Assembly (NCBI GenBank): GCA_018266075.1
Contig: JAFEBB010000038.1
Location: forward strand, 64,001 to 74,095
Source: Deltaproteobacteria bacterium
GTDB taxonomy: Bacteria > Myxococcota > Myxococcia > Myxococcales > SZAS-1
DNA length: 10,095 bases
Reading direction: 5' to 3'
Position 1 is the stretch's first letter. Each line of letters begins with the position of its first letter. A program made the position numbers and the translations under genes. The notes below the pieces were generated by a model. The model saw only the letters and a list, made by a program, of their open reading frames with translations. It was not told the origin of the DNA and ran no database searches. Positions 1 through 7,562 of this stretch are shown in pieces.

Positions 1-41
1 GCAACGACGGGCTGTGTCGCAAGTAGCGCTTAACCCATCGG

Positions 42-2135
42 TTAATGCGCAGGCACGTCGGCCGGGCCCTCGAGGGTCACGGCGAGGATGCGATCGCCTT
101 CGACCAACTGGTCGGCGACCTCCATGCCCGAGATGACGTCGGCGAAGATGGTGTAGCGGCCCTCCAGGTGCGGCTGCGGCGTGAGGGTGATGAAGAACTG
201 CGAGCCGCCGGTGTCCTTGCCGGCGAGCGCCATGCCCACCGCGCCGCGCACATAGCGCGAGCCGTCGATCTCGCAGGGGATCGAGTAGCCCGGACCGCCC
301 GCGCCGTCGCCGCGGGGATCGCCGCCTTGCACCACGAAGCCCGGCACCACGCGATGGAAGGTCAGCTGGTCGAAGTAGCCGCGCTCGGCCAGGTCGGCGA
401 AGTTCTCCGCGGTGAAGCTGCCCGCGTGCAGCCGCATGCGGATCTCGCCGCGGCTGGTAGCGATGCGGGCCACCTTCTCGCCCTGCAGCCGCTGCAGATG
501 GAAGTCGAGCGGCTCGGGCTCGCCTTGCGGCAGCGGCGCGCCGAGCGTCTTCAGCGCGTCGCGCGCGCCCGCGCGAACCGTGGCCCGCGAGTCGAGCGCG
601 AAGCGCGTGGCGGCCTTCGCATCCAGCGCCTTCAGCGACGCGAGGTGGCCCAGCACCGTGGCCACCGAGTCGTGCTGCTCGTTCACCGACGCGACGGTCA
701 GCGCGCGCACCAGATCCGGCACCGCGTCTTTCAGAGCCAGCTTGCCGGCGGCGTCCGCGGCGGAGAGCGTGACGCCCCAGTCGGCGCTGCGCAGATCGCG
801 GAGCACGCGCGTGCGCACCTCGGGCGCGTCGACCTTGGCCTCGCCGAGCGCGTCGTCCACGGCGCCCTGGGCACCCGCGCTCCACACCGCGCGCGCGAGC
901 AGCGCCTTCACCTTCACGGGCGGCTGCGCCTCCGAGTCGCCGAGGGTGCGCACCGCGAGCGCCTCACGCCACGCGGCCTGGTCGATCGTCGCGGGACACT
1001 TGTCGATGGCCGGCGTGGTCCCATCCGTGCGCGTGCGATCCGCGGCTGCGGCGAGGTAGCACCCGACGACACCGCGAACGAGCGCGTCCTCGTTGCCCTT
1101 GGCCGCCGGCAGCGACTCCGACGCCTTGCTCAGATCCGCCGCCAGAAACGCGGGCAGCTTCTCCTGCGCGATCGCGAGCACGGGCATGGCGCTCTCGCCG
1201 TGCGCGGGATCGAACCCCGCGAGCACCTCCTTCAACGCGGTCTGCACGATGGCCTTCTCGGGGCACGTCGCGTCCTTGCAGCGGCCCACGCGCTTGGCCA
1301 GCGAGCGCGCGCTCTCCACGCGCACGTCGAGCTCGGGATCCTTGAGCCGCTCCACGAGGTAGTTCGCATCTGGAACCGCCGTGCCGTCCGCGAGGCCGCG
1401 CGCGCACACCGCGCGCACGCGCGCGTCCGAGTCCTTCAAGCCGAAGACCAGCGCCGGCTGCGCCTCGGGCTTCTTGCTGCGCATCAGCGCGTAGCCCGCG
1501 GCGTAGCGAACGTCGGCATCGGCGTCGTGCGCGAGCAGCGAGCCCAGGGGATCGATCGCGCCCTTGTCCGGAGACGCCCCCTTGGTCGCGTACGCGAGCA
1601 GCCCCAGCGACTGCGCGGCCGCGCGACGCACCTTCGCCTCCGGATCGCCGAGCGCGCCGATGAGCGCGGGCGCACCCTCGGGCTGGCCGAGCTTGCCCAG
1701 CGCGTCGTCGAGGGCCACGCGCGCGTCGGGATTGGCGGCGTTCGGCAGCGCGCCCAGCACGGCCGTGGTGAGCTTGGCGAGCTGGGGCTTCTCCAGCGGC
1801 TGCCAGGAGAGCCCGAGCTGTCCCGCCGCAAAGGCCGCAGGGATCACGTCGCGCGTGCTGGCGAGCTCGGCGGCCACCGCGTCCACCGTCTCCGGACGCT
1901 GAAGTCGAGCGACCACGTCCAGCGCACGCCGTCGGAGGTGAGCGTCGCTCGAAGAGACCAGCGCCACGAGCTCCACGTCGCCGCTCTTGAGCGTGCGGTG
2001 CGATTCCATCTCGTCGAGGCGCTCCAGCGGCGACGGGCCCGGAGGCGCCAGCGCCGCCTGCGGGGACACCGGGGTGGGGGGCTCGTCCGTGACACATGCC
2101 GAGATGGCCAGGAGCAGCAGCGCCGCACGCTTCAT
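42..2135 (-). CDS. Lipoprotein with HEAT/PBS-lyase-like repeats and a C-terminal cyclophilin-type peptidyl-prolyl cis-trans isomerase domain (697 aa)
   Basis: The gene is the 3' part of the 42..3326 minus ORF. An in-frame ATG at 2133-2135 follows a perfect GGAGG 5 nt upstream (plus-strand cctcc, 2141-2145). The N-terminus MKRAALLLLAISAC is a signal peptide with a lipobox Cys. Repeated D(P/A)xxxVRxxAAxxLG motifs are typical of HEAT/PBS-lyase repeats. The C-terminal roughly 165 aa carries cyclophilin hallmarks FHRVVPGFVVQGGDP, GAVGMA and GGSQFFITL. Stop TAA at 42-44. GC3 is high throughout. Confidence 0.8.
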   Translation of the reverse strand: MKRAALLLLAISACVTDEPPTPVSPQAALAPPGPSPLERLDEMESHRTLKSGDVELVALVSSSDAHLRRRALDVVARLQRPETVDAVAAELASTRDVIPAAFAAGQLGLSWQPLEKPQLAKLTTAVLGALPNAANPDARVALDDALGKLGQPEGAPALIGALGDPEAKVRRAAAQSLGLLAYATKGASPDKGAIDPLGSLLAHDADADVRYAAGYALMRSKKPEAQPALVFGLKDSDARVRAVCARGLADGTAVPDANYLVERLKDPELDVRVESARSLAKRVGRCKDATCPEKAIVQTALKEVLAGFDPAHGESAMPVLAIAQEKLPAFLAADLSKASESLPAAKGNEDALVRGVVGCYLAAAADRTRTDGTTPAIDKCPATIDQAAWREALAVRTLGDSEAQPPVKVKALLARAVWSAGAQGAVDDALGEAKVDAPEVRTRVLRDLRSADWGVTLSAADAAGKLALKDAVPDLVRALTVASVNEQHDSVATVLGHLASLKALDAKAATRFALDSRATVRAGARDALKTLGAPLPQGEPEPLDFHLQRLQGEKVARIATSRGEIRMRLHAGSFTAENFADLAERGYFDQLTFHRVVPGFVVQGGDPRGDGAGGPGYSIPCEIDGSRYVRGAVGMALAGKDTGGSQFFITLTPQPHLEGRYTIFADVISGMEVADQLVEGDRILAVTLEGPADVPAH

Positions 2136-2140
2136 CGCGA

Positions 2141-2145
2141 CCTCC
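2141..2145 (-). promoter_or_regulatory. Shine-Dalgarno GGAGG for the HEAT-PPIase lipoprotein gene
   Basis: The minus-strand sequence reads GGAGGtcgcgATG, with 5-nt spacing to the ATG at 2135. This favours the MKRAAL start over the alternative MEVAM start at 2147. Confidence 0.5.
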
Positions 2146-2190
2146 ATGGGGCGCCCGACTCTGGCACAGCCCCGGGCCGGGGTGGAGTCG

Positions 2191-2219
2191 TTGACTGCGC
2201 TCGGACCCGCGCCAATACT
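2191..2219 (+). promoter_or_regulatory. Putative sigma-70-type promoter (-35 TTGACT, 17-bp spacer, -10 AATACT) for the zinc-ribbon membrane protein gene
   Basis: TTGACT at 2191-2196 and AATACT at 2214-2219 sit inside the 132-bp divergent intergenic region 2136-2267. Identified by eye only. Confidence 0.3.
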
Positions 2220-2267
2220 CGCGGAGACGCACTGCCGCGCGCCCGCGCGCCCAGCGAGGCGGAAACC

Positions 2268-3470
2268 TTGCGCTGCTCCAACTGTTCGTCGGTCATCTTC
2301 GACGGTACGAACGTCTGCCCGAGCTGCGGCGCGGTCAACGACCTCGACGAGCTCAACCGCCAGGGCGGCTTCTCCGGCACCGAGGCCAATCGCCAGCCGC
2401 TGCCCGATCCCACGGTGGACCGCGCCGACACGGGCGAGCACGAGGAGCCACTCGACACCCAGGAGATCTCGCAGCGCTCGGTGAAGCGCGCGGTCTCCGA
2501 GGCGACGTCCCAGCTTCCGCCGGTGCCGGAGCCGAGCGGCCCCAACCGGCGCGACGCCCTCCGCAGCAAGATGGGCGCGCCCCGGCCGGCCATGGCTCCC
2601 GCGCCCGACGACGCCACCGCCATCGGCGAGCCCACCGAGCCGCCCGCCCGCGCCACGAGCAGCCCGCGGAGCGCCCGACCGGACACGGCCGAAGACCTGC
2701 CTGCCGCCAGCGAACCGCGGCCCACGCGCGAGGCGCGCGGCCTCTCGGGCCCGAAGAAGAAGGCCGGCAAGCCCGCGCGGCCGCGCATGGAGACCGAGCC
2801 GGCCACGGAGGAGGACGTCCCGAACCGCGCGCGCAAGGTGGACCGCATGGCCGCCGAGCCGCTCCACCAGGACTCGAAGGTGGCGCCGCCGAAGTCGTCG
2901 GGCAAGTACGCCTCGGTGAAGGACGACCGCGAGGCCGAGATGACCATGGCCCGGCCGGAGCTTCAGAAGAACGAGGCCGCCGCGCCGCCGCCGGTGAACC
3001 CGGACGAGCTCGCCCAGGCCGCGATGCGCGCGTTCAAGCAGATGGGCTTCGAGGACCGCCTCGAGTCCATCTCCGCGATCGTGATGCTGATGCTGACCTT
3101 CATGCCCTGGCGCTCGGTCCGCGGCGAGAGCGACATCGGCCTGGCCACCGGCGCGGGCTTCATGAGCCTCATCTTCGCGGCGGGCGTGCTCGGGCTGGTC
3201 TATCTGCGCATCACCGGCCGCGTGCCCACGCTGCCCGCGAAGATGTTGAGCCAGGCGGAGCTCGGGCTGAGCGCGCTGCAGGTGCCGATCACGCTGATCT
3301 TCATCTTCTCCAACATCGATCGGCACCAGACGCAGTACGGCTCGCTGGCGACCTACGCGTCGATGCCGGACTTCGGCTCGATTCTCTCGATGGTGGCGAA
3401 CTTCGCGCTGTGTGCGGGCGCCGCGCTGGTGATGCAGCGCGAGAGTCGCAGCGTGTCATCGCGACGTTAG
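2268..3470 (+). CDS. Zinc-ribbon domain membrane protein (about 400 aa): N-terminal CxxC-N13-CxxC zinc ribbon, long disordered Pro/Ala/Glu/Arg-rich linker, C-terminal 3-4 helix membrane domain
   Basis: It is the 3' part of the 45..3470 plus ORF, and GC3 becomes high only from about 2230. There is no in-frame ATG or GTG. TTG at 2268 is preceded by AGGCGG 6 nt upstream and gives MRCSNCSSVIFDGTNVCPSCG; CTG at 2232 is an alternative start. Hydrophobic helices include ISAIVMLMLTFMPW, FMSLIFAAGVLGLVYLRI, LQVPITLIFIFSNI and ILSMVANFALCAGAALVM. Stop TAG at 3468-3470. Confidence 0.6.
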   Translation: MRCSNCSSVIFDGTNVCPSCGAVNDLDELNRQGGFSGTEANRQPLPDPTVDRADTGEHEEPLDTQEISQRSVKRAVSEATSQLPPVPEPSGPNRRDALRSKMGAPRPAMAPAPDDATAIGEPTEPPARATSSPRSARPDTAEDLPAASEPRPTREARGLSGPKKKAGKPARPRMETEPATEEDVPNRARKVDRMAAEPLHQDSKVAPPKSSGKYASVKDDREAEMTMARPELQKNEAAAPPPVNPDELAQAAMRAFKQMGFEDRLESISAIVMLMLTFMPWRSVRGESDIGLATGAGFMSLIFAAGVLGLVYLRITGRVPTLPAKMLSQAELGLSALQVPITLIFIFSNIDRHQTQYGSLATYASMPDFGSILSMVANFALCAGAALVMQRESRSVSSRR

Positions 3471-4813
3471 TTCTTGCACCCGCCCGCCCCCGCGCCCGGC
3501 GCAGTGGGCGGCGTGAGATCGCGCTCGCAGGAGAAGTCGAAGAGATCGAGCAGCGCGTCGCTGTTGGCATCGCGCGCGGTGAGCGCGGGCAGGTCGAACA
3601 CGGTCTCGATGAAGCGCGTGATCGCCGTGTGGTCGTGCACCACGTGCGAGACGTAGTGCCGCTTGGCCCACGGTGAGATGGCGACGAGCGGCACACGCGG
3701 CCCAAATCCCGTGAACGGCGAGTCCGACGGCGCGGCCTGACATCCGCTCGGCGGCGGCACGTGGTCGGCGAAGCTGCCGGCCTCGTCGTAGGTGTAGATG
3801 ATCGCCAGCCGCTGCCACTCTGGGCTCGACGCCGCGTGGTCGTAGATCTTCTTCAGCCACGCCTCGCCCACCTGCACGTCAGCGGGCGGGTGGTCGTCTT
3901 GCACATTGTCCAGGCCGTCGACGAAGACCACATTCGGCAGCGTCCCGTTGTCGAGCGCCGTCAGCAGCTCGTTGAACGGATGCACACCGGGGTCGTCGGC
4001 GTCCCAGCCGAGCGAGCCGCTGAAGGGTGAGCCGTCGGTGTAGACGCCCCAGGTGAAGCCGGCGGCCATCAGCGTCTGGAAGATCGAGGTGGTGCTCGGC
4101 GGCGGGAAGGTGATGCCCGTGTCGATGACGCCCGCGTTGGTTCCAAACAGTAGGAAATTGCGATTGGCGAATGTGCCGCTCTGCATGGGCGCGAAGTGCC
4201 GATCGCTGAGCGCGAAGGTATTTGCGAGCCAGTAATAGAAAGGGAAATCGCTGCTGTCGTATTCGCCCATGGCGAAGTGGCCGTCGGTCTCGGTGGAGAT
4301 GGCCGCGTTCTTCACGAAGCCGCCCATCGTGCCGCCTGCAATCTCGGAGACGACCGCGGCGCTCTGGTGATCGGGATCAGTCTGAACGCACGTCGTGTCG
4401 AGGTGGAACGGCGACACCGGGTTGCCCTTGAGATCGAGATTCACGAAGTCTGCGGGCACCGGCTCGGAGTCGGGCTGGCCTTCGTGGTTCAAGTTCCCGA
4501 AGAGGTGGTCGTAGCTGCGGTTCTCCTTCATCGCGATGATGATGTGGCGAATCGGAAGTGCCGTGGAGACCGTCGAAGGAATGCCCAGCGACTCCGACGG
4601 GTGCGCGCCCGCGGTGAAGGCACACGCCGCGCGCTGCGACTGAAGGGTGTCGGGCGGAATTTGTAAGTTACAAGTAAATGGCGCGTCGACCGGCGTGGTC
4701 ATCTTGTTGATGCCATCCAGGCCCCAGCTGGCCTCTTGCAGGTATCCCGCGCACGCGCCAGTGCTCACGAGGAGCACGAGGGCGATGACCAGTCTGCGAG
4801 TCCGCGCGCTCAT
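3467..4813 (-). CDS. Phosphoesterase-family lipoprotein (non-haemolytic phospholipase C / acid phosphatase AcpA-like), 448 aa
   Basis: It is the 3' part of the 3467..5479 minus ORF and starts at the ATG at 4811-4813. The signal peptide MSARTRRLVIALVLLVSTGAC has a lipobox-like Cys. The phosphoesterase signature IIAMKENRSYDHLFG is present, with further family motifs downstream. Stop TAA at 3467-3469 overlaps the TAG of the convergent plus-strand gene. Confidence 0.85.
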   Translation of the reverse strand: MSARTRRLVIALVLLVSTGACAGYLQEASWGLDGINKMTTPVDAPFTCNLQIPPDTLQSQRAACAFTAGAHPSESLGIPSTVSTALPIRHIIIAMKENRSYDHLFGNLNHEGQPDSEPVPADFVNLDLKGNPVSPFHLDTTCVQTDPDHQSAAVVSEIAGGTMGGFVKNAAISTETDGHFAMGEYDSSDFPFYYWLANTFALSDRHFAPMQSGTFANRNFLLFGTNAGVIDTGITFPPPSTTSIFQTLMAAGFTWGVYTDGSPFSGSLGWDADDPGVHPFNELLTALDNGTLPNVVFVDGLDNVQDDHPPADVQVGEAWLKKIYDHAASSPEWQRLAIIYTYDEAGSFADHVPPPSGCQAAPSDSPFTGFGPRVPLVAISPWAKRHYVSHVVHDHTAITRFIETVFDLPALTARDANSDALLDLFDFSCERDLTPPTAPGAGAGGCKN

Positions 4814-5751
4814 GGCCTCGCCATCCCCACCGCCACAAGCCCTGCGCCGTCGATGGGCGCCGACGTGTGGTACACGAGCGCCGCCCCTGGGAACGACGCG
4901 GTGTGCTCGTCGTCCGAGATGTGAGCCTCGACCGCCAGCCACATTCGCGAGCCGAGCCGCATGCGCAAGGCCCCCGACGCCGCCATGTAGATGGAGCGAT
5001 TGACCGAGTGGAAGTGTCGATCGGTCTCCTCGCGGTTGCTGCCGTAGAGGCCCTCGAGGGTAATCAACAATCCATTCGACAGTGTGTAACTGCCGCCGAA
5101 GCCGAGCTCGTTGTAGGCAACGCCAGAAGGCAGCGTGGGCGGCGTGCGGAAGTCCTCCTGAAGAAACGCGCCGGCGACCAGGCTTCGGCTGAGCTGCATC
5201 CACGAGCCGCCGAGCGTCACGCGCCCCGCGATCGAGCCGTTCACGCCGGCCTCGCCCGCAACGTTGTTCACGCGGTCGTAGCCGCGCAGCGGGACGTTGG
5301 TGACGGCCAGCGCCTGGATGCCGCCTTTCGCACCGAAGCCGATGTACGGGCTCCAGTCGTTGTCGGGCAGCACGCGCAGGCCGAGCTCGCCGCTCCCCGC
5401 GCCGCTGCCGCCCACGATGGGCTCCGGCGTGTACGAGTTGGCAATGAGCCCCGCCGACGGCCCGAGGCTCGCGGTCCACTGCGTGAGCACGCGGTGCGAG
5501 AGGAAGCTGCGCGAACCCCAGACATCGCCGCTGGCCTGGGTGAGCGCCGCGTAGCCAAAGGCGGCGGTCTCGACGGAGAGCGAGAGCGCCAGCCCGTGCT
5601 CGGAAGCCTTGAACTCGGTCTCCGTCGGCAGGGTGTCCGGAACGAGCGTCTCGTCCGCGTTCACGGACAGCGGGTCTGTGGCGGGCGCCTCATCCGCGCG
5701 CGCGGGCGCGGCGACGAGCAGCAAGACAATCGTAAGAAATGCGCGGCGCAC
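4810..5751 (-). CDS. Secreted Gly/Ser-rich protein, probable outer-membrane beta-barrel (313 aa)
   Basis: It is the 3' part of the 4810..7797 minus ORF; the remainder of that ORF overlaps prfC in another frame and is a shadow. GTG at 5749-5751 gives MRRAFLTIVLLLVAAPARA|DEAP, a classic signal peptide with an AxA cleavage site. Alternating hydrophobic/polar stretches rich in G, S and Y are consistent with beta-strands. Stop TGA at 4810-4812 overlaps the ATG of the phosphoesterase gene as ATGA. Confidence 0.6.
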   Translation of the reverse strand: MRRAFLTIVLLLVAAPARADEAPATDPLSVNADETLVPDTLPTETEFKASEHGLALSLSVETAAFGYAALTQASGDVWGSRSFLSHRVLTQWTASLGPSAGLIANSYTPEPIVGGSGAGSGELGLRVLPDNDWSPYIGFGAKGGIQALAVTNVPLRGYDRVNNVAGEAGVNGSIAGRVTLGGSWMQLSRSLVAGAFLQEDFRTPPTLPSGVAYNELGFGGSYTLSNGLLITLEGLYGSNREETDRHFHSVNRSIYMAASGALRMRLGSRMWLAVEAHISDDEHTASFPGAALVYHTSAPIDGAGLVAVGMARP

Positions 5752-5798
5752 GGCGGCTCGCGAGTGTGCGCCGGTCGATCGTGCTTTGCAACGGCAGG

Positions 5799-7418
5799 TC
5801 AGGCCTTGGCGGTCGCGCGCGGCGCGGTCTCCAGGAACTCCACGTTCTTCGCGCGGTCCTGGGCGTAGCGCAGGCTGAACTCGTTGCGGAAGAGCACCAC
5901 CGGCAGCTCGTCGCGATCGAGGACGACCATGCTCGTGTCGCCGAACTCGTAGTCGAGGGCCTTGAACGCCTCGCCCTTCGGCCAGCGCGCCACCGTGAAC
6001 GGCAAGCGGACGAGGTTCGCCTTCACGCTGTACTCGTGCTCGAGCCGATAGCTGAGCACTTCGAACTGCAGCTGTCCGACGGCGCCCACGATCGGCTCCA
6101 CATCTCCCAGCCCGGGGCGCTTGAAGAGCTGGATGGCGCCCTCTTCCGTGAGCTGCTCCAGGCCCTTCTTGAGCTGCTTGCGCTTGAGGGCGTCTTTGAT
6201 TTCGACGCGCGCGAAGAGCTCCGGCAAGAACCGCGGGAAGCCGGTGAACTCGAACGGCTCGCCCACGCACAGCGTGTCGCCGATGCGGAACATGCCGGGA
6301 TCGAAGAGGCCGACCACGTCGCCGGCGAAAGCCTCGTCCACGGCCTTGCGCTCCTGGGCCATGAACTGCTGCGGCTTGGCGAGGCGGATCTCGCGCTCCA
6401 TGCGCACGTGGCGCGCGTCCATGCCGCCGGTGAAGCGCCCGCTGCAGATGCGCATGAACGCGATGCGATCGCGGTGCGCGGGATCCATGTTCGCCTGGAT
6501 CTTGAAGATGAAGCCCGAGAACTTGGGCGACTCCGGCTCGACGGTACCCGACGCGGTCGCGCGCGCGAGCGGCGGCGGCGCGAGGGTCATGAAGCTTTCG
6601 AGGAAGGGCTGCACGCCGAAGTTGTTCATGGCGCTGCCGAAGTACATGGGCGAGAGCTCGCCCTTCTTGATGCGCTCCACGTCGAAGGTGTCGCCGGCGA
6701 TGTCGAGGAGCTCGAGCTCTTCCTTCAGCTTCGCGAGCGCGGTCTCGCCGAGCGCGGCCACGATCTTGGGATCGTCGAGCTCGCCGGGGATCGACGTGGT
6801 CTTCGCTTCTTCGGCGCCGTGCTCCACGGCCTCGAAGAGGTGCAGCACCTTGGCGTGCCGGTCGTAGACGCCGCGGAACTCCTTGCCCATGCCGATGGGC
6901 CAGTTCATGGGCGTGCTGCGGATGCCGAGCACGCGCTCGATCTCGTCCATGAGATCCAGCGGCGGCTTGCCATAGCGGTCGAGCTTGTTGACGAAGGTGA
7001 AGATCGGAATCCCGCGCTGCCTGCAGACCTTGAAGAGCTTGATGGTCTGGGCCTCGACGCCCTTCGCCGTGTCGATGAGCATCACCGCGGAGTCGGCGGC
7101 GAGGAGGGTGCGGTAGGTGTCCTCGCTGAAGTCCTGGTGGCCGGGCGTATCGAGGATGTTGATCTTCTTGCCGGCGTAGTCGAACTGCATCACCGAGCTG
7201 GTGATGGAGATTCCGCGCTGCTTCTCCAGCTCCATCCAGTCGCTGGTGGCGTGGCGCGCGGCCTTGCGGGCCTTCACGCTGCCGGCCAGGTGGATCGCGC
7301 CGCCGTAGAGGAGGAGCTTCTCGGTGAGCGTCGTCTTGCCCGCGTCGGGGTGCGAGATGATGGCGAAGGTGCGCCGCTTGTGGACTTCGGCGGGCAGGCG
7401 CTCGAGCTGGGGATCCAT
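5799..7418 (-). CDS. prfC: Peptide chain release factor 3 (RF3), translational GTPase, 539 aa
   Basis: The protein aligns by eye along its whole length with E. coli RF3. Matches include RTFAIISHPDAGKTTLTEKLLL, ATSDWMELEKQRGISITSSVMQF, INILDTPGHQDFSEDTYRTL, NKLDR, FKIQANMDPAHRDRIAFMR and GAVGQLQFEVL. Start ATG at 7416-7418, stop TGA at 5799-5801. Confidence 0.95.
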   Translation of the reverse strand: MDPQLERLPAEVHKRRTFAIISHPDAGKTTLTEKLLLYGGAIHLAGSVKARKAARHATSDWMELEKQRGISITSSVMQFDYAGKKINILDTPGHQDFSEDTYRTLLAADSAVMLIDTAKGVEAQTIKLFKVCRQRGIPIFTFVNKLDRYGKPPLDLMDEIERVLGIRSTPMNWPIGMGKEFRGVYDRHAKVLHLFEAVEHGAEEAKTTSIPGELDDPKIVAALGETALAKLKEELELLDIAGDTFDVERIKKGELSPMYFGSAMNNFGVQPFLESFMTLAPPPLARATASGTVEPESPKFSGFIFKIQANMDPAHRDRIAFMRICSGRFTGGMDARHVRMEREIRLAKPQQFMAQERKAVDEAFAGDVVGLFDPGMFRIGDTLCVGEPFEFTGFPRFLPELFARVEIKDALKRKQLKKGLEQLTEEGAIQLFKRPGLGDVEPIVGAVGQLQFEVLSYRLEHEYSVKANLVRLPFTVARWPKGEAFKALDYEFGDTSMVVLDRDELPVVLFRNEFSLRYAQDRAKNVEFLETAPRATAKA

Positions 7419-7540
7419 GGGGCGAGCGGATAGTCGTGCGCGGGGGCAGTGTCAACCCGCTGCGGACGCTCACGGTCGTGGCCGCCCGACGGTCGGTGCT
7501 GCGGGGCCGTAGGGCGCTGTGCGTGATGCGCAGAGCCACC

Positions 7541-7560
7541 GTTCGAGCGCGCGCTTGAAC
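7541..7560. other. 20-bp near-perfect palindrome gttcgagcgc|gcgcttgaac immediately 3' of the C39-like peptidase stop codon; possible GC-rich terminator hairpin or operator
   Basis: The inverted repeat has one mismatch and lies 2 nt downstream (on the minus strand) of the TGA at 7563-7565. No U-tract follows. It sits in the 144-bp spacer between the peptidase stop and the prfC start. Confidence 0.3.
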
Positions 7561-7562
7561 GA

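Noticed and set aside
2147-2149. Alternative start MEVAMKRAAL for the HEAT-PPIase lipoprotein
   Set aside because: That ATG lies inside the GGAGG Shine-Dalgarno that serves the ATG at 2135, and it would add four residues before the signal peptide. The 2135 start is preferred.
2162-2176. TGGCAC hexamer resembling a sigma-54 -24 element
   Set aside because: There is no TTGC -12 element at the required spacing; cccgggcc follows instead.
412-2947. Many 60-420 aa ORFs nested inside the HEAT-PPIase and zinc-ribbon genes, such as 964..2232, 2132..2947 and 412..1059
   Set aside because: They are alternative-frame artefacts inside well-supported genes, with Arg/Ala/Gly/Ser-rich nonsense composition.
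45-3470. Single 1141-aa plus-strand ORF and the overlapping 1094-aa minus-strand ORF at 42..3326
   Set aside because: Each is a real gene fused to a long antisense shadow of the other, which is typical of 70% GC DNA. Signal peptides, Shine-Dalgarno sites and GC3 place the true genes at 42..2135 (-) and about 2268..3470 (+).
5752-5798. Possible sigma-70 promoter (TTGCAA...CACACT) or terminator in the 47-bp spacer between prfC and the signal-peptide gene
   Set aside because: The matches are poor and leave no room for a leader or Shine-Dalgarno. Co-transcription with prfC, or a promoter within the prfC 3' end, is equally plausible.
5739-7433. 564-aa plus-strand ORF and nested ORFs such as 6121..6867
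   Set aside because: They are antisense to prfC, which is unambiguously the coding strand given its full-length RF3 similarity.
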